Shown: piece by piece, positions 1 to 11,421 of the stretch
Numbering within the stretch: position 1 is the stretch's first letter
Layout of the letters: every line of letters begins with the position of its first letter
Origin: Marsupella aquatica
Taxonomy: Eukaryota; Plantae; Marchantiophyta
NCBI GenBank assembly: GCA_973895155.1
Contig: OZ316897.1
Location: 11,803,832-11,867,831, forward strand
Direction: 5' to 3'
DNA: 64,000 nucleotides
Notes under the pieces: model-generated
What the model was told of the DNA's origin: nothing
Seen by the model: only the letters and a program-made list of their open reading frames with translations
Databases searched by the model: none
Program-made: the position numbers and the translations under genes

Positions 1-2353
1 GTACTCCTCTTGTCTACATTGCTTGGAACTGTATGTAATGTAATTCCCCAATCAGCCCATAATGCCAACCGCTCAAGAGCCAGTAAGTAGTTAAAGATTT
101 TAATAAGTAAGAGAGTGGACACTAATGATCCTGCAAGCCACTAATGCCCGTCCACCTGCGTCTTGGGCAACCTATCGTACTGTCCAATAAAAAGGAATCG
201 AGACTTTAACATCTTTGTACAGCCCTGCTTGCAACCTGAAAGATTCCTGGTGACCAAGGCTTACAAAAGCTTCTTCCTTTCCGTTAGGTTAGGGCAGCTG
301 GAAATATTAAAGTCCATCAAGATCCTTGGGATAGGGTGCCCTGAGATTTCCAACTCTCGTTGCTTTAGTGCTTTCACCATCACCAACGGCATCTAAAAAG
401 TCGTTAGGAAACCTTCTGTGCCTTGATGGGCATGTGTTATTTCTTCTGAAACTATTCGGTGCAATAATTAGGTACAAGGCAACGTGATCCGTTTAGGTTT
501 CATATATTCGGGTTACAGCTACCTTCCTCTATTAGATATCTTTGACGTCAAAGCGAAGCTGAGACCCTTTAAGCTTATTGTAATACATCAACATTACTCG
601 TACCCCACAATCATCGCAACCTTGAGAGCCACGCAGTAACACAGACTCAAGAACGTACTGCCCCAGTATTATCCTACACTCAAACGGCTTTCCATTTGTT
701 TATATCCGGAATTAAAGTATCTGAGATTAATAGTTGACACATAATGGGGTCTACTTGATATCACCGTTGAAAGTTTCGGCTGCACAATTCCCTTCATATC
801 ATCGTGACGTAGACCACCATGATCGTGGATTCATGCCACATTCTCGTCAAGAACTCAAATTGCAACAAACAGTCGGCAGACCGAGATGTATGGAAAGAAG
901 GAGAACACACCGAGATTGTATAGGTGCACACTGCGGCCTTGGAGCTTAAACTGCTCTCTCGAAAATGACCGCAACCAATACTTGAGCTTCGATTCTAGTG
1001 CCCTCACTAGAAGGGACTCCATGGCTTTCACAGTGATATACCACTTAACGGGTGTGTTTCTATATTCGTGTATAGCATTCAATCTTCTCAAAGCTAACGA
1101 TTGCTATAACGACTTCCGCCTCTCCTCTTCTTCATTTCCGCCTCGTTGGATATCTATCCATCTAGGATGAAGTTCAGAATCCTGCATGCAGCCCCAGAGG
1201 AACTTCGGCGCATCGCCAGGGATGCTACATTACAAATCCACATCGCGAAATGATTTCCTGCGATCCCGTAATCGAATTAGGACGGTCCAACCGAAATGAA
1301 TCCGTTCCAGCGACGACAGACGTCCATGCTCTCACACATCTGGCTATCGCCGCGAATTCTGTCCGCCTCCTCACTAGTGTCCCTATTTGTTGTCCTTCTC
1401 CTGACCTCGTCTTCTGTGCACCACCTACCCCCGGAGCCTCTTCTTCTCCAGCTCTCTCCCGCTCTTTCCACTTCCACATCCACATCCTTCAGCTGAAGCA
1501 CGTCAGATCTTGAGATCCACGTAACTACCTCAGGTCGCACCGAGCTTGTCTTTCAAATCGCTGCAGAATCGCAACGCCTACACACCAAATCTCGCCAAGT
1601 TGAAAGGAATCCGGTCCTACATTCCTAGATCCGACTCTTACCTTCTCCAATTCACGAGATGAGACCAACTGCGCTCACTCTACTCTCTATCAAACCCCCT
1701 AAGCAGAAAGAAAGACTCAATGATCCGCTCTCTTAAACCCTCGCTGCATGTATGGCCACTGCACCACACCAGCGAAAAGAGAAGAGCAACAAGAAGAGAA
1801 AGAAGACGTCTACTAGCGAATCCGATCCTAAACTTCTAGATCAGTGAACTAATCTCATTCTCCTCCGATTCAAATGAGACCAACAGCTCGCTCCATCTCA
1901 AATCAAGCGAGCACAGAGTTGGCTTATTTTCTGCTCCGATCCGAACCGATCCAATCCAATCCAATCCGATCCGATCCGATCCGATCAGACCCGGTCCGCT
2001 CTCATAAACCCTGTCTCTCGGTGCATGCCTTGCCACGGCGCCTCGAGTAGCAAAAGGAGGAGGAGAAGTGGAAGAATTAATTTTTTTGTTCCAGACTTCT
2101 AGCGCTGGTCCTCCGCCTCCGCGACTTGGCCGTCGTCTGCGAACTATGTCATTCGGGGATCCCGAATTCTCGGCCGATATGCGGTGCTGTAGACAATAAG
2201 TCGATGTCGATGGTCCGGCAATTGAGTCCCGAAAGCAAATTGACTGAACAGGGATGTCGAACATTTCTTTCCGCCGACATTGGAGCTCCAAAATCCCAAA
2301 GCATCCCTTTGACATTCAACAAGGTGTACTGAAAACGACGGACAGGTACAGTT

Positions 2354-2650
2354 CAGTCCACCGTGCATAAGTGCTCAGTATAAGTGCATTCCGTGGGTAA
2401 CAGTCCACCGTGCATAAGTGCGCAGTATAAGTGCATTCCGTGGGTAACAGTCCACCGTGCATAAGTGCGCAGTATAAGTGCATTCCGTTGGTAACAGTTC
2501 ACTGTGCATAAGTGCCCAGTATAAGTGCATTCCATGTGTAACAGTCCACAGTGCATAAGTGCCCAGCATAAGCGCCCAGTATAAGTGCATTCCATGTGTA
2601 ACAGTCCACAGTGCATAAGTGCCCAGTATAAGTGCATTCTGTGGGTAACT
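2354..2650. repeat. Tandem minisatellite, 47-bp unit, about 6 copies
   Basis: Unit CAGTCCACCGTGCATAAGTGCGCAGTATAAGTGCATTCCGTGGGTAA starts at about 2354, 2401, 2448, 2495, 2542 and 2603. It explains the repetitive spurious ORFs at 2353-2720. Confidence 0.95.
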
Positions 2651-3010
2651 GCAGGTGGGTCATGTGGTCCCCTAGTATTAAGAGCATTTTTCTTTCTTCT
2701 AAATGCAACAAAAAATTCACCTTTTTAAGTGCAGGTGTGGTCCCCTAGTATTAAGAGCATTTTTCTTTCTTCTAAATGCAACAAAAAGTGCACCTTTTAA
2801 GTGCAGGTTTGGTCCCTAGTATTAGAGCATTTTTCTTTCTTCTAAATGCAACAAAAAGTGCACCATTTTAAGTGCAGGTGTGGTCCCCTGGTATGAGAGC
2901 ATTTTTCTTTCTTCTAAATGCAACAAAAATGCATCTTTTTAAGTGCAAGTGCGGTTCAGTTTTCTCTCTTCGAAATGCAACAAAAAATGCACCTTTTTAA
3001 GTGCAGGTCT
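2650..3010. repeat. Tandem minisatellite, about 72-bp unit, about 5 copies
   Basis: AAGTGCAGGTGTGGTCCCCTAGTATTAAGAGCATTTTTCTTTCTTCTAAATGCAACAAAAAGTGCACCTTTT is repeated, with later copies shortened. Confidence 0.9.
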
Positions 3011-3508
3011 ACATCACTAAAAGACAAATACTTAAGTGCATTTGTGTCTTTGAGAGTGCACATTCATTCATCAATTAGTGCAATAAAAATGAAGCATTTA
3101 TAGATGAGTGCAGCTGACAACTATACATGGCAGTTTCATGCACTTATCCAGTTGAATCATGCACTAGAGAATTTGGAGTATGAGAAATAGAATGTGTATG
3201 ACCTGACAAGACACTTTGCAAAAGTGCATGAGCAATTTCACATGCACTTATTGGAAAATGCAACGTACACATATGAAGAAGTGCATAAATGAAGCCCATG
3301 CACTTTTGACAAAGTGCACATTCAAGGTGTCTTCCCGGGAGTGCTCAAATGAGACCAACAGCTCGCTCCATCTCAAATCAAACGAGCACAGAGTTGGCTT
3401 ATTTTCTGCTCCAATCCCAACACAGTAGACTGTAGTTTATTTCCATGTAGCAGAGCATGGGAGAAGTTGAAGCTAGGATGGACCTGGTTTATTTTAGAGT
3501 CACCAAAG

Positions 3509-4045
3509 TAAGAGCATCTTCAGCTATAGGGTCAAACTAGCCTCTAACCTCTACAGGTTATGGAGCAATTAAGAGCATCTTTAACTGTAGGGTCAAATGA
3601 GCCACTAAACTCTAAAATGACCATATTAGACCTGATTTTGGAGCAATTAAGATCATCTTCAACCGTAGTGTCAAATGAGCCTCTACCCTCTAAAAGAACA
3701 TATAGGGGTTGATTTTGGAGTGATTAAGAGCATCTTTAACTACAGGGTCAAATGAGCCTCCAAACATTAAAGGGAGCACATATTGAAGCTAATTTTGGAG
3801 CTATGAAGAGCATCTTCAACTGTAGGGTCTGAAAATGAATCTCTAACCTCTGAAAAGACCATACAGGGCTGATTTCGGAGTGATTGAGCATCTTTAGCTA
3901 CAGGGTCAAACAAGCCTTTAACCTCTGAAAAGACCATATTGGAGCTGATTTTGGAGCAATTAAGAGCATCTTCAACTACAGGTCCAATGAGCCTCTAACC
4001 TCTGCAAAAGACCATACAGGAGCTGGTTTTGGAGTGATTACAGAG
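3509..4045. repeat. Tandem array, about 78-80-bp unit, about 7 copies
   Basis: TAAGAGCATCTTCAACT(G/A)(T/C)AGGGTCAAATGAGCCTCTAACCTCT...GATTTTGGAG recurs at about 3509, 3570, 3649, 3726, 3806, 3885 and 3961. Confidence 0.9.
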
Positions 4046-4629
4046 CCACGCCATGACAAAAAACCTGGTTTCACCATTTTTAGTACTTTTTTCCTGAAAT
4101 TGAGGAGCACAGTCACATGGCAGAGGAGAGGAATGTGAAAAAAGGAGAAGTCTTTGCCACTTCCGCTGCAATCGTTATCTAGACATGTGTGAAATTATGC
4201 AAGAGTGGTCAGTCCTCTAAATCTTGTCAGAAACGTTATAGGAATTAAGAAAATCTTGCCTCTCAACTTACGACTAGAAGATTTCACAAAATTGCACAAA
4301 AGGCGCATTTTATCCAAGTTCATATACGGCATTGAGAACGTGAGTGGCACCATGGCAAAGATCTTACTTTGGGAATGCTTTGCGAGCATTTCACTTGATT
4401 GTCCAGCAGGTATAAAATTAATGCATCGATAAGTGACCCGCTGTACTGTAGTGCTAGCTTGTGTTCTACATAAAGGGAAAACATAGAACAGTTGACATGT
4501 AATATGGTGACAATTAAGCTTGAGCAGTTCCAAATTCACCTTACCCCACAAGAGTGTTCAACCTTGGGACCTCATCATTTTTAATAAAGGCCCCTATGAA
4601 CACACAGAATAATTTGATACATGGAAAAT

Positions 4630-7600
4630 TCACATAAAAAGCTCGTCAGGTCCACTAGCATTCTGCTCTGTTGTCATAATTTGCTCTTTACCACCTTTAC
4701 TCGGTAGAGCTGGTGCTGAAGCTGACTCTTCTAGGGTAACTTCCTTCAATTTCTCCAGCGCTGGAGGTACACAGAAGGCGTTATTGCTTCAATTTCAAGT
4801 CAACACACCGTAATCGGACAAAATTACACGTTTGTATGGAACGTGTGTAATGACCACTGCATACAAGAACACTGCTGGAGGTTGTGAGAGAATGCAAGTT
4901 GCAGAAGATTCATCAGCACTACTGGTCGGTTAGTAGTACCTTTCAAGTACCGCTCGTATAGTTCCTCCGTTGCTGACGCAGACAAGGTGTAGTCTTTACA
5001 TGAGCTATTGTCTGCTTTCTTCAACAAAGATTTAAAATGTCTGACCTGCACCCTCAATTTCAAAAGTCACTAATGTTAAAAAAGACCAGATACGCTGCTT
5101 CCTTCTCATCAACCTCACTTTTGTCTGATTGATAATCAAGATATTGAAACACCCAACGAAAAGGAGACCAGTTGCCGGGTCTAAGCAAATTGGGGGTAGC
5201 TGAGCATCAACTTAACATCTGGAACAAAGCACTGACCTCCTCTCTACGAAGAATGGTGTAGGAACACCCAGCCCTCCCTGCACGAGCAGTACGTCCTACA
5301 CGATGGACGTAGGTCTTTGCATACACAGGCATGTCATAGTTGACAACATTTCTCACGCCTTCCACATCCATACCCCTTGTCATTGCATCAGAAGCAATAA
5401 GCACTTGAACTTCTCCTTCCCGAAACTTTGTCAGTGATTTACTGCAGAAAAATACAAGGAAAGGAATTGAATAAATACATTGAAGTTGAACCCGTTGGGA
5501 TAAACATTGACATAACGGAACCTCCTTTGCATGAACACATCATCATTCATAGACTTGGGTATTCTCTGTGAGGCGTCGTGAAGACAAACCTGCGTGCCTG
5601 CTGGTGTTGCATACTGGAATACTCAACAACCTTAAATGACAGGCCTTCAAAGTAGCTCAGCAATGTGAAGAGTCGATGTGTGGCAACCACTGACGCTGTA
5701 AATACGATGGTTTGCTGACCTACCAACTGCTGCAGTAACGCTACCAAGTACAACGGCTTCTCCCCGGGCTTGCAGACCTGCGCATATAGAAACCAATTTG
5801 AATTTGCACTATAAGGAAGGTACTCATCCTTGCCTTTCTGTTTATTCCGAAGACAAGAAGCTCTCCTACCTAGACTGAATGAAATAATCCTGCCTAGATT
5901 TGGGAGACGAGACGTAGTCAAATTGATTACTGCTTTCAGGTACGTGCTCAGAAACTATCCCTGCCAAAGGAAGTCGTGTACACAATCTGATCCATATCAT
6001 GTTCCCCACTTTATCATCAACATCTGCCAAGGTATGGATCAAATTCAAATACATTCTGCAGGTGCTCGTATACCCCCCAAAAGGAACACAGTGAGACTAA
6101 CCAGCTTAAATGCTTGTAATTGTTCAGGTAGCTGATACCGATTTTCCACGGCACTCTGTGCTATATACATAGGATAGTGGAGGGCCAACTGGGCAATTTT
6201 GGCCGGATCTCTGGTCAACGTAGCTGACAAGATTATCTTCATTAACCTCGGATGTACAGTACTTCTCATTCCCCTTTCACGACCCCTGCCAGCAAGCATT
6301 GTCAACGTAAGGCAAACGTAAACGAGACAGAAATGCAAAACGTCTATCACTAAACCAGTGCACGTCCTCCCAGTTATTGAAAACACGTAAACGTCTCGTA
6401 GATTGGGTGGGGTTCACAGACTCTACGGTGGTCTCCTAAGGAGATCCTGCACGTCAAAAGTAGGAACTGTTGACTCCTGACAAAGTGCCGCAGATTCTTG
6501 TCAGGATCCACAACATCAACGATCCTCTTCCCTATTCCTTGCTCAAATTTTGGTCTTAAAGACTGTTCTCCAAACTCGTATCTCCTCATTACCCTCAGTA
6601 CACAAGCCAGCCATTGACCACTTCACACAATACTACAATGGGATCTCGTTCGCAAACAAAGAAAATTGCTTACTGTTATCAATATCATAAAAGAGCCAAC
6701 TCGGAGATGGGGACCAGAAAAACAAAAGCGTGATTTTCTTCAGGAGTGATTACTTACAGATGCCTGATAGTTCGTACTGAGCGAACAGACTGTCCATTGG
6801 AGACTGAGTTCGGTAAACTGGAAAGGATGTTCCTTGATTCAGTTGCAGCTACCGTATTAAGCACATTTGACAACCAATCTTGGTAAGATTGCCGCAACAA
6901 CCTATCTGTTTCATCAACAACCTGGAAAAGGGACACATGCCATGGTATTAACAGAACTAAATAGATCAGAAAACTCATACAGTGGAGCAACTCAACTAAA
7001 CGTAGACCTCAACCTTCGATTTACCAATCGTCGGCACGAAAACATTGTCCTCGAGCTGCTTGAGTAGGAGACATTAAGAACTCGCAAAAGGAGAGGTCTT
7101 TCAGCATTACTAACTCTACTTAATTGCGTAAGTGAGGCGACTCGGTAGAGCTAGCACTTGGCAACTCACCAGGTAGTAGAGGTGCTGGAGACTAAATCCT
7201 TTCGTATTGCGTAAGTGATCCATCAACCTTCCCGGTGTTGCAACTAGAATATCGACGCAGCTATCTGCAAAATCGTCGTCTAAAGCTTCGAAGTTTCCAA
7301 AGCTATGCACCATTTTGTTTTGGAACCTGACCAGTTCTGCCGCTTCAGCTCTAATTGACGTTTGACCAACAGCTAAACCCACCTTCAGACCAACTGCCGG
7401 GGCAATTGTATCAAAGACAGCCTTCACCTGAATGGACAAAAATCATGTGCATGTCAACTAACACGATGATAAACGTTCGAGGTTTCAAATTCTAATCAAC
7501 CGGGTGGTTCAAGTGCAAGGCATTTACGCCCACGTCATGTAAATTCAAGCCAGAAAGCTAGATTTCAGGAGTCAACACAAGTAGAGCATGGATGCAAACA

Positions 7601-9195
7601 CACAAACCTGAGTGGCCAGATCCCTAGTTGGAAGCACAACTAACGCTCGCAGTCGACGGATTACTCGAGTAGACAGCTTCTGCACTATCGGAAGAGCATA
7701 AGAAAGCGTTTTCCCACTGCCTGTCGGCGAGCAAACGCAGAGATCACGTTCACAATTACCAGGGCCAACAGTCTCATTCCACACAGCCACTTGCACGGGA
7801 AACAGAGCTTCAATCCCCGTAATTCTCAGAGCTTCTTGCAATCTGTTCAAACAATTAAGCATCTCAGACCCCGGTACAGAAAATTTGCAAGACTCTGTTA
7901 TGAGGAATTCCAATCACGCGGCCATTGTACTTAAAAGATGCCCTAAAACCCTAAACCCCCACAATCCTGACTGGAAAAGAGAGGTAGTCGATAGAGTGGT
8001 ACCTAACGTCCAGACCAGGAACTTCATTGAGGGGTTGGAGCTTAAAAGCCCCAATCTCCAGAGGATCACGCATCCATGGCAGAACTGGTGGTCCCTTGCC
8101 TTGCACTTCAGCAACCTTAGCAGGCGTCTTCCCCATAATCATTTCCACCTCCTTCTCAATTCTTGATAGGTCAAATTCCTCCACAGGTATATCGTCCACC
8201 TTCTCGGCTGGCCCTTCTAGAGTGCTGTCGAGCATTGGGTGATCCACAACATCGTCGACATCGTCATCTTGTACCTCAACGGCCTCTACCTCTGCCATTC
8301 TCTTCTTCTTCTTCTTCTTCCGTTTCACTGTGGAGTTAACATCAGCTGCATCCACATCTCCCTCTTCAGACAAATCCTGAAGGTTTGTATCACTAGCATT
8401 GCCACTTGCATGAACAGCCGGGAGAAGAGAAGCACTTACTTTTGACAATGCTGGTGGATCCTCATGGGTCTCCGCTCTACCATTTCGCAATTCTGATTCT
8501 GGCTCTGCTTTTCTCTTCTTTGCCTTCTTCTTCTTCTCTAGTGCGGAGGATTCACCATTACACAGATCTGGCACCTCCACTTCACTAAGACATGATTCGT
8601 TTGCTAGACCTTCTGATTGAAGTTTCCTAGTAGGGCTGTCTTGTTTCTCCTCTAATCCTGCTTTTCTCTTCTTGCTCTTCTTCGCTTTTGGCTCCAATTG
8701 AGGGACAGCAACATTTTTTTTCTCAGTCACGTCCATTTCCACCCTCTCGGAGACTTCATCAATCTCTTCTCTTTCCTTCTTCTTCTTTTTCTTCTTCTCT
8801 TTTTTGGAGCTTCGTATAATATCTTCCCCTGCCTCATCACCAGCAGTTTCAGGAGAAATGTGGACAGTTCCATTCTGGGCATCATTGTCCTCTCTTTTCT
8901 TTCTCTTCTCCTTTTTAGGGCCTCGTTCGACATCTGCCAGTACCTCGTCATCGATAGATTCAATAACCACGGAAGAAACATGGACAGCTCCATTTGCACC
9001 GGTGTTCAGTAACGGAACTTCACTACCGGCGATTTGGGGGGCCGCTTCAGCCACTGCTGCCGCCTGAATGCGGCGAAGCTCAGCGCGCTCTCGGGCGCTC
9101 GCGTTGAGCTGTTGTAAAGTGAGCCTGCCTTCGGATTTCTTCGCCTTCATGCCCGCGGATTCATCAGGCCCCTGGTACCTCACCACCTCGAACAT
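4630..9195 (-). CDS. RH1: DEAD-box ATP-dependent RNA helicase, RH1/DDX51/Dbp6 family (60S ribosome biogenesis), 887 aa, 9 exons
   Basis: Exons 9195-8003, 7842-7608, 7427-7170, 6921-6758, 6285-6102, 5777-5590, 5441-5237, 5045-4940 and 4760-4630 have GT-AG junctions and total 2664 nt in frame. Motifs: Q-motif [14 protein letters not shown], Ia LPTRDLA, Ib TPGRL, II VVDETD (RH1-type variant), [33 protein letters not shown] precedes the core. Confidence 0.95.
7946..7954 (+). promoter_or_regulatory. Telo-box (AAACCCTAA) in helicase intron 1, with a second telo-box-like motif near 9519-9535 upstream of the ATG
   Basis: Exact AAACCCTAA match. Telo-boxes are enriched in plant ribosome-biogenesis genes. 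Function is not shown by sequence alone. Confidence 0.35.
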
Positions 9196-11421
9196 TTTGG
9201 ATCTCAATTCAATTCACAATGTGACAGATAAACAAAATATTGTGAACCTCAATTCAACTCAGAAGATGAAAGATCGGCAAAATCGAAGCCCACGGAACTC
9301 CCAAAACCTCCTTCAAGCCAATGTGGAAATCGCAGGCACAGCGATTCACTTGACGCTCACAGTATTTCGCCAGTTCATGGGCTCATTCTCTTGTAACTCC
9401 TGAACGCAAATCTGTGAAGTCCAGGATCAAATTTCGTACCGGAAACCCCTTTCAGAATCGTCGAGCAGACCTCCAAAATCCATCCGATTTCCATTCCTGA
9501 GGCATGAGCTTCAATTCGTTAGGGTTCAGGGTTTTGCAAAACGATATCGAAACGACATCGGGATGCGTTACTACTGTAAAAGTATGTAAAGTAAGACTTG
9601 CCATGTAAAGTAAGACTTGCCTGATGTCATCATACAAAGAATCCTGTAAAGTGATAACTGGTCCCACTTTTGCCCAAAAAGGATTCGAATAGTTTCCATC
9701 TACTAGAATAGTTCATTGATATCCAATAACTGGAACCACTTTTGCCCAGAAAGGATTCTAATAGTTTTTGTGTAATAGAATAATTCACGTATATGAAATC
9801 TGGACTAAGATAGGCTGAAAGGTGGATATTCGGAGCCTGCGACGTCGGTGGGGCCTCCAAGTGTGTCTCGGCCCTGGCCCCCTCCGTGCATGTCGGCTCT
9901 AGCGCATTCCTCTACGTCGTATCCTGGCGCTGGCCCATTCCGGCCACGTGTCTTCAAACCACCTTTCCACTGCCGATTCGACAAAGCTACCCCTGCGGTA
10001 ACAACAGCACGGTTTCATCGAATTAATGAAGAATTCACTGCCAACTGGAAACTGGGAAACCAACCACCCATTCAACGACAGCACTTCGTAACCATTTTCC
10101 GCGGCAGATTCAAAATCAGTGACCAGATTTTAGTTTTACACAACAATATCCTTCACATGGGCTCATCTCAGCCGTAGATTCTCGTATCGACGGTCAATTA
10201 AAAATATTTCATATTTTGTAAAACTTGGTGAAAATTATCAGGTCTCTGGTCGAGCGTTCAAGGCTCGGCAGACTGCTTTTGGAGGTAGTGAATGTCTGCT
10301 GTCTGTAGTGAAAGTGACCCTCTAGTGGCTAGGTCGTGGCATTCAGCGTCCTGCGTTTTCATCCGGCCGTCGATGTGATGCATCCATCGACGGTTCGCAG
10401 CATCGCACATGTGGATGAGTGTCTTTCTAACTTTAGCTTTCTCGTGAGGTGGAGTTCAGAGTGAAAGAGAGAGTGAGAGATCACGATGCGACATTACTGA
10501 GCTCCATTTTCGTTTCATGATCGTTTCCCGTTTCTCGAGGAGCAGATTTTCGAAGGGAGGCGACGCGCAATCAGGCGCGGAGGGAGCGGAGACGGATGCA
10601 GCGTTGAATTGCGATTTTAAAGGTGTTTATCTCACCGAGTTCGAGCACGAGTCTTGGAATTCAGAGACGATCGAGAGTCGGGATAATTTGGAGTCACATC
10701 GGTCCGATGACATTGCGTTTGTTCGTTTAGTATGCGTTCGGAAGTTCTAGGTTCTTTGAATTTGAGTAGGATTCTGAGAATTGAGAGAAGATCATGAGGT
10801 GGTGAGCAACAATCATGATAAAACTATGGAGTTATCTTGGACGGACGACATTTTTTTTCGTTTTAGCGTGCGTTACATAGGATCGAAGACACGCCACTGC
10901 TACAGTGTCTGGAATTCGGGATAATTGTCGATAGTAGTTGCTGGGAAGTTGATATCGAAAGGGATTAGATGTTTAAGGTTTTGGTTTTGGTTGAATGAAA
11001 TCTCGGGATCTAATGAAGGATTAGTCATGCTTCCTACCGTTAAATTAGAATGAAAGGGAACATGACTACCGTAGGTTTCAAGACATGCACGTAAGAAGAG
11101 GAGAATTTTAAGAATGTGCTAGGTGTCTGGGACTCGTCGAAGCTTCAGGATCCTTCAGAGATTGACCGAGTGATCGGTTTACGGATTTGCGTGGCATAAT
11201 TGCGTTGACGACAGCTGCATAGCTCTGCTTTTCTTGTTCTTTCTCTGGCGCAGAACAGTCGGGCAGACATTTGGGAGGACGTTGGTACTTCAGTCTCAGT
11301 TGCGAGGTTGTTTGTTGTCGGGACTGGTTCTTTCTGAGCTGGAAGGCACTGATACAACGTTGTGGCTTTGTTGTGCCAGTAATTTGAGCTGTCGCGGTGA
11401 CCCGTGCATGCATCTTTCACG

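Larger units (their letters stand above)
1870..3417. repeat. Composite repeat block: 73-bp direct repeats (1870-1942, 3345-3417) enclosing a pentamer microsatellite and two minisatellite arrays
   Basis: TCAAATGAGACCAACAGCTCGCTCC...TTTTCTGCTCC(G/A)ATCC occurs twice with 2 mismatches. A (GATCC/AATCC)n run lies at about 1937-1986. The block is probably TE-derived. Confidence 0.8.

Noticed and set aside
1836-2315. 159-aa minus-strand ORF as a gene
   Set aside because: It runs through a microsatellite and a repeat, and has no recognisable domain.
2354-4045. Regularly spaced repeats resembling a CRISPR array
   Set aside because: Whole units are repeated with no unique spacers, there are no cas genes and the context is eukaryotic. 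These are minisatellites.
9196-9207. TTG start given by the ORF track for the helicase
   Set aside because: This is a eukaryotic gene, and the first in-frame ATG is at 9195 (MFEVVRY).
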